A stretch of DNA of 64,000 nucleotides from a virus (lineage: Duplodnaviria > Heunggongvirae > Uroviricota > Caudoviricetes), in the IMG/VR virus record IMGVR_UViG_3300028887_000068, positions 160,001 through 224,000 of that record; one strand, given 5' to 3'. The notes beneath the pieces are model-generated. The model was not told the DNA's origin. It did not search any database and saw only the letters and a program-made list of their open reading frames with translations. Of the stretch, positions 17,011-27,226 are shown one piece after another. Position 1 is the stretch's first letter. Every line of letters starts with the position of its first letter. A program made the position numbers and the translations under genes.

Positions 17011-18597
17011 TTAAGCTTCTTCCGGATTGACTCGTTTGAAGCGATTTCCTCTTGCACCTGCCGGAGCAGATTCTTCGAGTCTATCGCCCCATGTAGTACG
17101 GACACCCATAGATTCGCTCTTACCGAAGTTGCAGACCAGACGAGCTGTGTCTCCTTCGAACGGAATAGCGACCATAGAGAACGGACATTTCTTTGCTTTG
17201 TAACGCTGTTTCAGACGACAGATCATCATATAATGAACACCTTCCGGGTCTTTCAGGTTTCCAAGCATGTAAGTACCGTCAGCATTTTCGTATGCTGCAA
17301 TACTATTGCCCATGTCTGCGCCACTGAACTTACCTTCAAAGGATTGTCCCTTCTGTGCAAGTTCCGAAGCCTTACGGACTGCTTCTCTCTGGATCTGAGA
17401 AGCGTCGATAACAGGGATCTTGTATCTCTTAGCCAAGATCTTGAAATCATTTACTGCGGAACCAAGATCAAACGTCGGGTCATCAATATGATTGATAGCT
17501 CTGATACGCTTAAGATAGTCATGAACGACACAGACGACTTGGTATCCACGCATGGCGAGCTTTTCGATTTCGCTCTCGATATCTGCCACGCTGATAGACA
17601 TATTGTCTTTGTACTTTCTCTTGAACGGAATTCTCCAACCGTTCTGTACATACAGATCGTACAATTCTTCCGGAGTTCTATCAATGTAATCCTTTTCGGA
17701 GGATATGGCTTCCGGCAAGCCAACGGAGTACTGTCTTTCCAAGCTTTCTTCGAGAGAGTTTTCTTGGGTGACATAAAGGACAATGGGCTTCATGCCTTCC
17801 TTCAGCGTGCTAGGATCATATCTGTTCATCGAGCAAGCCCAGTACAAGACATTCTCCAACATGAGACTCTTACCAGTACCCGGTGCTCCCAAGAACACAT
17901 ATACGCGTCCTGCTCTGAACCCACCGCCCAGAAGCATATTGAGTTCTCTGCATCCTGTACGGACTACAGACTTCGGACTCTTTGCTTCATCAATAGATCT
18001 TTGTTGTCCTCTGATAAACGATTCTTCGCCGAAGATCATTTCATCAGAATCGTCTCTTTCAATTTCCGCCCTGTTCATTGAACTGATAAGCGGAAGCACA
18101 ATGTCTCTAAATTTCTTTGGAAGTGCTCTAGCGTTATGAGCATCGAGATTCTGTAATTCTTCGACGAGAGATACGAGAGGATTCACACTTCCGTACAACA
18201 CCTGAGACTCCGACAAGTCTGAGAATGATTGTACAATGTATTCGGCTGTATCTTCGTTAAGAATCAGCCCAGTGGAAGTAATTTCTGTTTTCAAGGTTTC
18301 CAGAATCTCATCTGCGTTCGGGCAGGTTCCCACTACGGTATCCCTAAGAATTTTCCCGTCTATGGTACGATCTTCTACAACCTTGTTAAAGATGCCGAGA
18401 GCTATCTTGATAAGCCCATTACGATACGAGTCTTCACCGTGTTCCATAGCAATGTTGGAACGGATAAGAATATCACGGATACTCTGGGCATCCCAGACCG
18501 TGAGCTTCGTGGTGAAGAGTAATAGCTGAATGGAACGTTCAAGTAATTCATTGCTGATAGGCAAGATGATTGTCGGTGCTCTTCTGCGTCCTGGCAT
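17011..18597 (-). CDS. dnaB: replicative DnaB-like (SF4) helicase
   Basis: TG..ELN.LLGGGF..GR, Walker A GAPGTGKS, YVTQEN, VHDYL, ASQIQRE, LKQR. Confidence 0.9.
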   Translation of the reverse strand: MPGRRRAPTIILPISNELLERSIQLLLFTTKLTVWDAQSIRDILIRSNIAMEHGEDSYRNGLIKIALGIFNKVVEDRTIDGKILRDTVVGTCPNADEILETLKTEITSTGLILNEDTAEYIVQSFSDLSESQVLYGSVNPLVSLVEELQNLDAHNARALPKKFRDIVLPLISSMNRAEIERDDSDEMIFGEESFIRGQQRSIDEAKSPKSVVRTGCRELNMLLGGGFRAGRVYVFLGAPGTGKSLMLENVLYWACSMNRYDPSTLKEGMKPIVLYVTQENSLEESLERQYSVGLPEAISSEKDYIDRTPEELYDLYVQNGWRIPFKRKYKDNMSISVADIESEIEKLAMRGYQVVCVVHDYLKRIRAINHIDDPTFDLGSAVNDFKILAKRYKIPVIDASQIQREAVRKASELAQKGQSFEGKFSGADMGNSIAAYENADGTYMLGNLKDPEGVHYMMICRLKQRYKAKKCPFSMVAIPFEGDTARLVCNFGKSESMGVRTTWGDRLEESAPAGARGNRFKRVNPEEA

Positions 18598-19799
18598 TAG
18601 TTTTCTCCGGATATGATAAGACGTATTTTGTCAAGCTCAACTTTCGTGAGGAACTTCGTTTCAAGGAACTTCTGTATCTTCTCACTGTAGTCGAGAGAAG
18701 GATCTGCAAGGAACGCAAGCTCGTTTTGTTCCTCTTCGGTCTCTTCCATTTCTTGAGTTTCGTCGGTCTTAACTTTGTCTACGGCTCGTTTGATTTGGAA
18801 GTTAAGATTGCGAGCGTCTGTGGCAAAATCAGACACAACTTTTTTAATTTCGGGATGCTCGCTAGCAAGCTTTTCTGACATGACAAATCGATAAGAAACC
18901 GCCGGATCGGTTGCTGTAGCAGCTAACGTCTTGACGAATACCTCAATATTTCCAGCAGAGCCGTTATAAAGATCATCTACAGAGAATGACTTATATACAG
19001 GTGCGTCAAGGTTCTCTTCGAATTCATGGTCGAATGTCCCGTTCTTGGGATTGTAAGTATAGATCATGAAACCTTTAGACTTCGGTTCACCTTGAGAAGT
19101 TCTAGAGAAGCTTCCATGATAGAATACTTTTTCCTTGTAGTCGCAAGCTACATGGATATGACCACCAGTGACAGGGCCTTTGCATACTCGAATCAAGTCT
19201 TCGCTCTTAAACACTGGTGCAGATTCCATCGGCATTTCGCTCTCGTAAACCTGAGAAGCAAACGACTGAAAGTCCATTGTGCCGTGGAAGAAGATAAAGT
19301 CATAAGCCTTGTCTGGAGCTTCATAGATGTATTCTTTGTAGAATTCTCTCATGTCCTTCGGATACTCTTCCGGAATGTAGAGAACCTTAAAGCCTTCGTA
19401 AAGCTCTTCGACAGTGCATGTCGTAATAGTCTTAAAGCACTTGTAACCGCTGAGGAAGAGACCAAGGGTTTCAACCTGTCCACGGTCATGAGACAATGTT
19501 CCCTGAAGGAGTCTTACAGGAATGTTATTGCGTTCACAGATGTTGAGCGTTCTGGAAAAGCATCCTGCTAAAAGTCTCATCGTACTGGAAGACATCTTGA
19601 TTTCCTTATGGAAGAGGTCTCCAGATATGACCACAAGGTCAATCGCGTCTGTGTTTGATTCAATCAGCTTATTGAAGTAATCGTCGTATTCCTTGGCAAG
19701 ATGCTCATCATCCTTAGCTCCGAAATGGAAGTCTCCCGCATCAATAGCTACGAAAAGTCCATCGCCCTTGGGCTTGTAAAAGCTCTTTATGGTATTCAT
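18597..19799 (-). CDS. sbcD: SbcD/Mre11-like nuclease
   Basis: GDFH, SGDLF, GTLSHD, FFHG, GHIH, GSFSR metallophosphoesterase motifs. Confidence 0.9.
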   Translation of the reverse strand: MNTIKSFYKPKGDGLFVAIDAGDFHFGAKDDEHLAKEYDDYFNKLIESNTDAIDLVVISGDLFHKEIKMSSSTMRLLAGCFSRTLNICERNNIPVRLLQGTLSHDRGQVETLGLFLSGYKCFKTITTCTVEELYEGFKVLYIPEEYPKDMREFYKEYIYEAPDKAYDFIFFHGTMDFQSFASQVYESEMPMESAPVFKSEDLIRVCKGPVTGGHIHVACDYKEKVFYHGSFSRTSQGEPKSKGFMIYTYNPKNGTFDHEFEENLDAPVYKSFSVDDLYNGSAGNIEVFVKTLAATATDPAVSYRFVMSEKLASEHPEIKKVVSDFATDARNLNFQIKRAVDKVKTDETQEMEETEEEQNELAFLADPSLDYSEKIQKFLETKFLTKVELDKIRLIISGEN

Positions 19800-19815
19800 T
19801 GTATACTCCTTTGCA

Positions 19816-19850
19816 GCAATGATAAGTTACGGGCATAAACTTATCAATGA
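19816..19850. promoter_or_regulatory. divergent AACT-class promoter pair
   Basis: AACTtatcATTGC (-, 19816-19828) and AACTtatcAATGA (+, 19838-19850), 9 bp apart, near-perfect inverted repeat. Confidence 0.8.
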
Positions 19851-19872
19851 ATAACACCATTTTGAGGATTCT

Positions 19873-20802
19873 ATGAAACGTCTTTCTGAATTGTCTATTA
19901 TTACTGAGGAAAGTAAGGCGGCTACGGCTAAGAAGATTACTCTCCTCAATCCGAAGCTTGATACTGCTCCCAAAGCCTTTATCACCGAAATGGTTCAGCA
20001 AATGCAAGCCAGAGAGAAGCGTCCTCTTCGTGCCAGACTCATCAGCGAAATTGAAAACGGAACCGTTGTTCCTGTCTTCTCTCCTGCTGCTTATGGCACT
20101 GGTCTTCCGTTCCTCCCGGTCTGGGTTGCTAGAAATGGTTCCGAAGCCGTTGGTGTTGCCAACTTAACCAATCGTTTCAAGGTCGATAAGAAAGGCGAAA
20201 TCGCTTCCAACCCGAGACAGTTTTACAATCTCTGTGCTGCTGCCTTGATCTTTAAGGAAATCACCCTCAACCCTGAAGCCTTCACCCGTAATGTAAAGCT
20301 AGTCACTGCTCTTAGCCGTATCTATTCCAAGATTATGACCAAGGTGACTGACAAGCTCTACGGGATTAGCTACAATGAACTTGTGCTTGACCAGATCCGT
20401 TACCTCTATGCGAAATTCTTTTTGATTTCTTCCATCGGTAAAGCTGGTGAAGCTGCTTCGCTCATTGCTCTTAAGTCTGTCAAGAATTCTTCTAGACAGG
20501 CGGTCATGGACATCGACAGATTGGTTCCGACAGCAGACTACGAGAACTTTGATAAGTTCACCGACCGTCTTGCTATCACATTCAACAACCTGAGCAAGAT
20601 TTCCATGCGTTCTGTCATTGCAGAAATCGTGAAGTCTTATGGTTCAACTTCGTTCCTCATTCCAGAATTTGCGCCTATGTTGATCATCAACGTAATGCTT
20701 GCAATCTGGGATAGCGGAATCAACGTCTCCTTCGCTTACAATTCTGTACTCGAAAAAGACGGTGAAGATGTCCTGACTGAAATTCAGAACATCATTAAAT
20801 AA
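19873..20802 (+). CDS. hypothetical late protein, probably virion-associated
   Basis: GAGG RBS, own consensus promoter and terminator, biased codon usage. Confidence 0.75.
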   Translation: MKRLSELSIITEESKAATAKKITLLNPKLDTAPKAFITEMVQQMQAREKRPLRARLISEIENGTVVPVFSPAAYGTGLPFLPVWVARNGSEAVGVANLTNRFKVDKKGEIASNPRQFYNLCAAALIFKEITLNPEAFTRNVKLVTALSRIYSKIMTKVTDKLYGISYNELVLDQIRYLYAKFFLISSIGKAGEAASLIALKSVKNSSRQAVMDIDRLVPTADYENFDKFTDRLAITFNNLSKISMRSVIAEIVKSYGSTSFLIPEFAPMLIINVMLAIWDSGINVSFAYNSVLEKDGEDVLTEIQNIIK

Positions 20803-20836
20803 AAATAGAGAGAGATCTTGCGATCTCTCTATTTTT
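20801..20836. terminator. bidirectional terminator
   Basis: agagagatc-ttgc-gatctctct between convergent genes. Confidence 0.8.
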
Positions 20837-22643
20837 ACTGCTCTCCAACGAAGAAGTCATCATAGACACCTTCAACGACTCTCTCATACGTGTCGATTTC
20901 TTGAAGCTTCTTACGAAGATTCTCGAACGACAGGATCGTAGAAAGATTCTTGGTGTTGATGCCCTCGCTCAATCTGAGAACAGTAATCGGGCCAGTATCT
21001 GGCAACGAGAAGTCTGGTTTGTTTCCATTGATATCTCTCAACAGTGCCGACAAGATCGTTTCTGCATGAACAGATACAATCGGAATCTCACCATCAACGA
21101 TATACTTGAGGAACGCATTTGCGATAGCCACATAGTTGTTACCGATTCCGTTATGGCTGTCGGTCTGAATCAAGCTAATGAGATTCATCAATGCTTCGTT
21201 AAGCTCAACACTCTGACGACGCAACGTAAACAGTTCTTCGCTGTCTTCGATGTTGATGTTATACTCATGCTTGTATACTTCGAGTTCCTCTTTCACTCGT
21301 CCTGTCGGATACAGTGGTACAGGAAGATCGAATGTTTCCTGTGATTTCTTGTTCTTCACAGTCAGTCTGTTGACCACCAAGTTTCCTTCATCGTCTTCAC
21401 CAAGGTCTTCTCTTGCGATAGAGAACTTGCGAAGATCCTTTCCGGAAAGCAGCACATTCTTAGATTCTTCAAACAGTTCCGTGAATCCAGCTGGCCACTC
21501 GATGGGCTTAGTCTTTGCCATGAGAAGATGCTTTGCAGACAGAAGTCTCTGTGTCAAGCATGATGTAAGCAACAACACACCCACAGACCCAACACGGTAG
21601 TGTTCTTCGTTTGCCATATCGAACAAGTCGCCATAGCATCTTCTACAGATACCTGTCTTGCATGAACAAGTGATCGGGCTATAAATCTTAATCTTGCCTT
21701 TCATTCGTTCAAACTGTTCGGCACTTCCGTCAATCTTCTCTCCTGATTCCGTATATCTTCCTATCAGGCGAGTAAATGTCTTCATGTTCGGAACATCCAC
21801 TTCCAACGGATGCTTCGTGTCACAGCACTCTTCATCTGACAATACAATGTCAGATGTGAGCAACAGCAACTTTCTTGCAAGGTATCCTGAGCGTCTCACT
21901 TGATGGTGAGAGATAACCAGTGCCTTTCTTGCACCAGTTGCAGATACCCAAAAGTCTTCAATACTTCTAAGTCCACGGATAAAGCTCGTGTTCACTGGGT
22001 GTTCGCAGATATTGTCATCGAGGTCTGGCTTCAGACCTACACACGCCACCATCTGAGTCAGCTGTTTCTTGTTAACAGCTTCTCCTCGGATCAATTCTCT
22101 ATACGGAGAATCTGGGGCGGAGAATACTCTACCGACTTCTTCAGTCAGCTTGGACATATCTTCTGACATTTCATCCAAGGTCTTGTGCTCATCGAGTTTG
22201 AAGTCGATGAGTTTCTTGGCTTCAGGATTACTCTTATACATCTTTGCAAGACTGTATAAGTCAACGGTAATACCGTGGATCTCATTTGTCTTTGTGGACA
22301 GAATGAGAAGATCCTGAATCACCTCAAAGATTTTCTCTTTCAGATTGTCTACTCCGGCTTCTCTTGCCATGTTCGCTAAGCGTCTGATATACGCATCAAC
22401 GTCCTTGGCACTATCACCGTCAAACAAATCGCTCTCATCGAACTCCATGTCCAAACCCTTGGACACAGCTCTCAATGCCGTAAGAGAGATGATGGCTCGA
22501 CCGACTGTCGTATCCTTGGTCAAAATCTTGATCGGAGTAGACTTTCGTTCTGCAATCGTTCCCTCTCCGTTAAAGAGGAATTCCCTGAGACCAGTGTAGC
22601 TCTTTTCAATGCTTTCACTTGTCAGCGAAGTAATGCTATTCAT
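20835..22643 (-). CDS. RNA polymerase beta' C-terminal subunit (probably non-virion RNAP)
   Basis: QLTQM...VGLK, SFIRGL, GARKAL bridge helix, SGYLARKL, Zn site SPITC..ICRRCYG, TQRLLSAKH trigger loop, LSFE. Confidence 0.9.
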   Translation of the reverse strand: MNSITSLTSESIEKSYTGLREFLFNGEGTIAERKSTPIKILTKDTTVGRAIISLTALRAVSKGLDMEFDESDLFDGDSAKDVDAYIRRLANMAREAGVDNLKEKIFEVIQDLLILSTKTNEIHGITVDLYSLAKMYKSNPEAKKLIDFKLDEHKTLDEMSEDMSKLTEEVGRVFSAPDSPYRELIRGEAVNKKQLTQMVACVGLKPDLDDNICEHPVNTSFIRGLRSIEDFWVSATGARKALVISHHQVRRSGYLARKLLLLTSDIVLSDEECCDTKHPLEVDVPNMKTFTRLIGRYTESGEKIDGSAEQFERMKGKIKIYSPITCSCKTGICRRCYGDLFDMANEEHYRVGSVGVLLLTSCLTQRLLSAKHLLMAKTKPIEWPAGFTELFEESKNVLLSGKDLRKFSIAREDLGEDDEGNLVVNRLTVKNKKSQETFDLPVPLYPTGRVKEELEVYKHEYNINIEDSEELFTLRRQSVELNEALMNLISLIQTDSHNGIGNNYVAIANAFLKYIVDGEIPIVSVHAETILSALLRDINGNKPDFSLPDTGPITVLRLSEGINTKNLSTILSFENLRKKLQEIDTYERVVEGVYDDFFVGEQ

Positions 22644-22679
22644 TAGCTCTCCTTGTGGATAATTTATAGTTACTTCAAT

Positions 22680-22691
22680 TTCTTTATATAC
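22680..22691 (-). promoter_or_regulatory. putative early promoter GTATATAAAGAA
   Basis: Identical 12-mer at 37310-37321; after terminator 22701-22724. Confidence 0.6.
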
Positions 22692-22724
22692 AAAAGAAAA
22701 GACTCTAAGGAAGTCCTTAGAGTC
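22691..22724 (-). terminator. intrinsic terminator
   Basis: gactctaagga-ag-tccttagagtc with A-tract. Confidence 0.75.
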
Positions 22725-22730
22725 CTTGTA

Positions 22731-25514
22731 TTACTTTTCGTAATTAAAGATGATTGTCTTGTTAGCCATGAGAGTTTCGTTGTTAGTCTCGATACCGTGA
22801 TTCTTCAATAGGATGAGGTTACATGGTTCTTGCATGAATTCTCGGTTATGGCTAATGACGAAGCACTGTTCCACCTTGAGATCGGCAATCTGTCTTCTCA
22901 GCATCTTGACAAACCCAGTACGGTTCTGTTCATCAAGCACACCGTCTACTTCATCAAGGTATACGATGTTGTAGGAGTTGTTGATAGCCTTATTCAAGAT
23001 AGCCAGAGACAGAGCTTGCTTGACAAACGACTGTTCAGCACCGCTTCCGAGCTTGCAGTCATCCAAGACGGTTCCATTGCTCTTCACGATAGGGATAGAG
23101 AAATCCTTTTCTGTGATAACAAAGTCGCCGATGAGCAGCTCACCGTTAAAGGCAATCTGGAGCAGGTGGTTAGCCTTCTCACGGATCTCTTCAAGGTAAG
23201 TGTCAATGAGGTATAACGGAATACCCTTGGTCTGGTCGCAAGCAGCCTTAACAGCTTCAACGGCATTGTACTCGTCCTGAATCTTGGCAATGCTAGCTTC
23301 GAGTTCATCACGCTTCTGCCTTTCGTACTTGTAGTTGTTAAGCTCGGTCTCCATAGCCTCTTTTTCCTTACGAGCATCAGTGATCTTTGTCGTAAGTTCC
23401 AAGAGAGCTTGACGGCTCTTAGCAATATCAGCAAGATATTGAACCATCTTTTCAACCTTAGCCTTGTTCTCTTCGATTTCCTTTCGTTTCTCTTCAAGAA
23501 CAACAAAGGCTTTCTTCAGGTTCTTCAGATGTTCGATACGATCGCTGATAGAAGTAACTTCCTCGTTAGCAGCTCTGAAGCCTTCTTCTTCGGTACTGTA
23601 GCTAGACTGAAGCTCTTCGACCTTAGACGATGCCTTGGAGAGAGTTTCTCTGGCTGCACCAATGGCTTCGGCTTCACTGCTTACAGCCTTGAGCTGAAGC
23701 TTAGCATTAGCCAATGAAGAACGAGTATTTTCAAGTTCAAGTCTGGCATTAACGTAATTCTCGATATCGGAGACATCAAACAAGTCAAACAGCTCGTCTT
23801 CAGTACCCTTCAAGTACTTCAGATAAGTCATCGTGTCGTTCAGCATCTGGATCTTAGAAATCAACCTGAGAGACAGCTTCTTCGAGAGTTCTTTCTTGAA
23901 GTTCTCGTAAATATCGCCACAGGAAGACAAGAAGCTAATCTTGTTGGTAAGATACATGGCTTCATTGTTCAATGAGTCACGGTCAATGGAAGCGAATTCT
24001 TCCTGTTCCTTCCTAAGAGCTGCAAGACGGATGATGGAACCCTTAGCTTCAACAGCTGCTGCAATGAACGGACAAGAGTCATTCTTACAAGAAGCCGGAC
24101 GCTTGTTCAGCACTTCTTCAAGCTTAGCCTGAGCTTCAAGGAACTTGATGTCACTAGCGATAGTGATAATCTTGTTACGCTTTTCTTCAAGCTTTTTTAG
24201 CTCGGTTGTAGCCTCGAACAAGAGCTTGTTCACAACAGAGTGATCTGTCAAATCAACATCAGACAGGTCGTAAGACTTCAGCTGATCACGAATGCCAGAA
24301 AGCAGAGTGTTAGCTTCGATGGATTCTCTCTTGAGAATTGCCAGTTCAGCTGCTCCGTAAGTGGTAAACTTCTTGTACTTGATATCCACATACTTAGACT
24401 TCATTTCTTCTGTGCATTGCTGAAGCTTTGTTTCGCCATCAGCGATCATTTCATTAAGACGATCCACTGTTCCCTGAGAGTCTTCAAGAGACTTCAGCTT
24501 AGCCTCTGCTCTTTCCTTTGCTTCGATGGCTTCATTAAGACCAGTCTTAGCGTTATTCATCATAACAGAATGAGTAGTCTTAGCTTCTCTCGCTTTATCA
24601 AGGTCAGGCTGAATATGCTCTATCTCTTCATCAGCACTTGTCAGAGAGAAGCCTTCCGGAATCTCAGCTTTCTGAATATCATAGATGCTTTCGAGTTCCT
24701 TGATCTTCTCATCGACCGGATTCTTACCTGTTCTTGCGAATACACGGAGTTCAGGGATAGACTTATCAGTCTCTGTCAGGATCCCATCAATGATACCCTT
24801 TTCCTTTCCGTAATCCTTGTTAAGATCTTCAAGGATGGTATCCTTATCCTTGATAGCGATCTCAAGATTATCGATAGCGACTTGGCACTTCTCCTTGGAA
24901 GAGAGCTTGAGGAGTTCATCCTTGAATGTAGCCATCTGTCTACGGAGAGCCGTAAACTGTTCTGCTGCTTTCTTGTGGAAATTCAAGTATGGGTCAATAG
25001 CCGGAAGGAACTGTCCGATGAACTTCTTACGATCGCTCTTAGAAAGGTCAACGAAGTTAGCAATCCCACCAATACGACCGACGACGAAATAGTCTTCGGT
25101 TACGCCAAGATTGTCTTGAACACAGTCTCCGTATGACTTAATCTTACCAGACGAGTTCAGATTCTGCCATCTGCCGTTTTCAAGCTTGTAGAAGAAACAC
25201 TTAGACTCATGTCTCTGTTCTTCATCGTTCCATACGTAGTTGATAACGGACTTGAAGACATTGTTCTCATCTTTCCTGAAGATGAGTTCCTTCATACCGT
25301 TTTCTTTTTCAATAATGATACGCTTACGGTTATCAAGAGAAGAAGGGAACGGATGCAGAACAGAAATGAGTGTAGTCTTTCCAGAGAAGTTCTTACCGAA
25401 GAGCATTGTAATAGGCTCATCGAGAGACTTCGTAAAATCGATTTCCAAAGTCCTGAGACCCATGCCTGTATAGAACCCAGCAAAGTTCTCAAACTTAGCT
25501 TTCAATATAATCAT
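22731..25514 (-). CDS. sbcC: SbcC/Rad50-like ABC ATPase
   Basis: Walker A GKNFSGKTT, long coiled coil with central CKNDSCPF hook, SGAEQ signature, YLDEVDG, ISH. Confidence 0.9.
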   Translation of the reverse strand: MIILKAKFENFAGFYTGMGLRTLEIDFTKSLDEPITMLFGKNFSGKTTLISVLHPFPSSLDNRKRIIIEKENGMKELIFRKDENNVFKSVINYVWNDEEQRHESKCFFYKLENGRWQNLNSSGKIKSYGDCVQDNLGVTEDYFVVGRIGGIANFVDLSKSDRKKFIGQFLPAIDPYLNFHKKAAEQFTALRRQMATFKDELLKLSSKEKCQVAIDNLEIAIKDKDTILEDLNKDYGKEKGIIDGILTETDKSIPELRVFARTGKNPVDEKIKELESIYDIQKAEIPEGFSLTSADEEIEHIQPDLDKAREAKTTHSVMMNNAKTGLNEAIEAKERAEAKLKSLEDSQGTVDRLNEMIADGETKLQQCTEEMKSKYVDIKYKKFTTYGAAELAILKRESIEANTLLSGIRDQLKSYDLSDVDLTDHSVVNKLLFEATTELKKLEEKRNKIITIASDIKFLEAQAKLEEVLNKRPASCKNDSCPFIAAAVEAKGSIIRLAALRKEQEEFASIDRDSLNNEAMYLTNKISFLSSCGDIYENFKKELSKKLSLRLISKIQMLNDTMTYLKYLKGTEDELFDLFDVSDIENYVNARLELENTRSSLANAKLQLKAVSSEAEAIGAARETLSKASSKVEELQSSYSTEEEGFRAANEEVTSISDRIEHLKNLKKAFVVLEEKRKEIEENKAKVEKMVQYLADIAKSRQALLELTTKITDARKEKEAMETELNNYKYERQKRDELEASIAKIQDEYNAVEAVKAACDQTKGIPLYLIDTYLEEIREKANHLLQIAFNGELLIGDFVITEKDFSIPIVKSNGTVLDDCKLGSGAEQSFVKQALSLAILNKAINNSYNIVYLDEVDGVLDEQNRTGFVKMLRRQIADLKVEQCFVISHNREFMQEPCNLILLKNHGIETNNETLMANKTIIFNYEK

Positions 25515-26116
25515 GAGAGAAACACCTCACGGTAGTTAATGTTGAAGTGGTCACGAGAGAGTTTAAGTGTTTCGTAGACCGAAGAGTAATCCGTAGGCTC
25601 GCCGTTAAACTTGAACCACAACGGGTTGATCAGTTCTTCCTTCTGGAGAAGAGTCTTAAGACCGTTAGGAAATCTTTTCAAGAAGTACATGTTCATTTCA
25701 ATGAACACCTTAGAGCGTTCGAGAACATTCATAGACGGAAATACATTGTTTTCTCGCTTCACTGTTCTCCAAGTCTCTTCCTTGATAGCTCCTGCCGTCC
25801 TTGTAAGGAACGTACCAAGAGCGTAGTCCTTAGCTTCCATGAACGGAGTTACCCAGTAGATCTTTTCATTAATGGCGTCAAGCCAGTTGAACCTGTCGTA
25901 GTTATCCGTTTTCATGTCGTTCGGGAAGCTGTCAAGAAAAGCGTCCATAGTCATGACACCCTTCGTCTTATCAAACTGTCCAAGAGCTTCAAGCGGCGAT
26001 ACTACGGGGATAGGCTTGACCTTTGCAAGCATATGGATCATTTCTTCTAGCAAGTCCATTCTGTTAATAAATGGCACGAAGAAAGACATGTCTACTACAA
26101 TATTAAACATAGTCAT
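25511..26116 (-). CDS. hypothetical protein
   Basis: AAGGAG RBS, ATGA overlap with sbcC. Confidence 0.75.
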   Translation of the reverse strand: MTMFNIVVDMSFFVPFINRMDLLEEMIHMLAKVKPIPVVSPLEALGQFDKTKGVMTMDAFLDSFPNDMKTDNYDRFNWLDAINEKIYWVTPFMEAKDYALGTFLTRTAGAIKEETWRTVKRENNVFPSMNVLERSKVFIEMNMYFLKRFPNGLKTLLQKEELINPLWFKFNGEPTDYSSVYETLKLSRDHFNINYREVFLS

Positions 26117-26130
26117 GGTTCTCCTTTGGT

Positions 26131-26173
26131 TCGATATAAAGTTCGGGGTATGGATTCTTGAACTTTATAATGA
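26131..26173. promoter_or_regulatory. divergent AACT-class promoter pair
   Basis: AACTttatATCGA (-, variant) and AACTttatAATGA (+, 26161-26173), 17 bp apart. Confidence 0.7.
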
Positions 26174-26188
26174 ACATATAAGGAGTCA

Positions 26189-27085
26189 ATGATGAATACT
26201 CTGTCTCTCAAGCTCAAAGAACTTCATTACATCACTATGCTTAACATTTCTGCCAACGAGGATCCTAACCTCAACGTCCCGACTATCCTCATCGGTAACG
26301 GTACGTCTGATGTGAAGAAGGAAATTCATGACAGATATATGGACAAGCTCCGTGACATCGTGAGGAAGTCTGAATCTGAGTACAAGGGACTCAGTGATGG
26401 CTATGCTACGATGTTCGATCAGTTCATTAAGTCCTACAAGGAAAAGCTTGCTGGCAACATCAAGATGTCCAAAGAGCACAATAAGGAACTGGACGGATAT
26501 ACGCCTACTTCTAGCTTCAACATCAGTGTCAAACCTTATGTGCTTGACTTGAAGACTAAGACCGATGCTCACAAGATGGCAATCACAGAATTGCTTCAGA
26601 AGTACTTCATTCCGAAACTTGCTGTTATCACTAACAAAGTCGATACTTCTAGATTTGAGGGCCAGTGGAAGGATATTCTCCTGACTTCTGTAACTAGAAC
26701 AGGAAAGGCTCCTGACGATGAGTTCAAGACTGTAGAGGTTCCGCCCAAGGTTATCTCTGAATACCTTGAAGGATTTGGAATCAACAACTTGACAATGCTT
26801 CAGGATCAGCATACTGAAATCGATAACTTTGTAAAGCGTCTCAGAGAAAACATTGAAGGAGCTATCAATAAGCTCAAAATCGATGTCGATAACTTTGACG
26901 TTCATAAGGCAAAGGCCGAAAGTACTGAAATCGAAGGTAGAGCTAGGAAAGTGGCCAAGTTGCTTTACTTATTCAAGGATCTGAAAGATTCAATGGCATT
27001 GTCCAATAGTATCACTATGGACAGACTTGCCACTGGAGAACAGATAGTTAAAGCTGTCCTCAACCTGAAAGATCCTCAAGAATAA
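26189..27085 (+). CDS. hypothetical helical late protein
   Basis: AAGGAG RBS, own promoter and terminator. Confidence 0.75.
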   Translation: MMNTLSLKLKELHYITMLNISANEDPNLNVPTILIGNGTSDVKKEIHDRYMDKLRDIVRKSESEYKGLSDGYATMFDQFIKSYKEKLAGNIKMSKEHNKELDGYTPTSSFNISVKPYVLDLKTKTDAHKMAITELLQKYFIPKLAVITNKVDTSRFEGQWKDILLTSVTRTGKAPDDEFKTVEVPPKVISEYLEGFGINNLTMLQDQHTEIDNFVKRLRENIEGAINKLKIDVDNFDVHKAKAESTEIEGRARKVAKLLYLFKDLKDSMALSNSITMDRLATGEQIVKAVLNLKDPQE

Positions 27086-27089
27086 ATTT

Positions 27090-27126
27090 ATACCTCCATC
27101 GTGGGATGGAGGTATTTTTATTTTTT
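27090..27126 (+). terminator. intrinsic terminator
   Basis: atacctccatc-gtgg-gatggaggtat + T-tract. Confidence 0.85.
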
Positions 27127-27176
27127 ATAGGTTATTATAAAGAAAAAAATAAAAACGTGAAAAATGTCTCCTAAGT

Positions 27177-27189
27177 CATATATTAAAGA
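27177..27189 (+). promoter_or_regulatory. putative early promoter (CATATATTAAAGA)
   Basis: AT-rich intergenic region, TATATTAAA core, A-rich leader. Confidence 0.5.
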
Positions 27190-27226
27190 ATGTAGTTAAA
27201 AACCATTAAACCAGGAGACAATAAAA

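Noticed and set aside
22656-22672. AACTataaATTAT upstream of RNAP beta' C
   Set aside because: Weak match in AT-rich DNA; not counted, though a secondary autoregulatory promoter cannot be excluded
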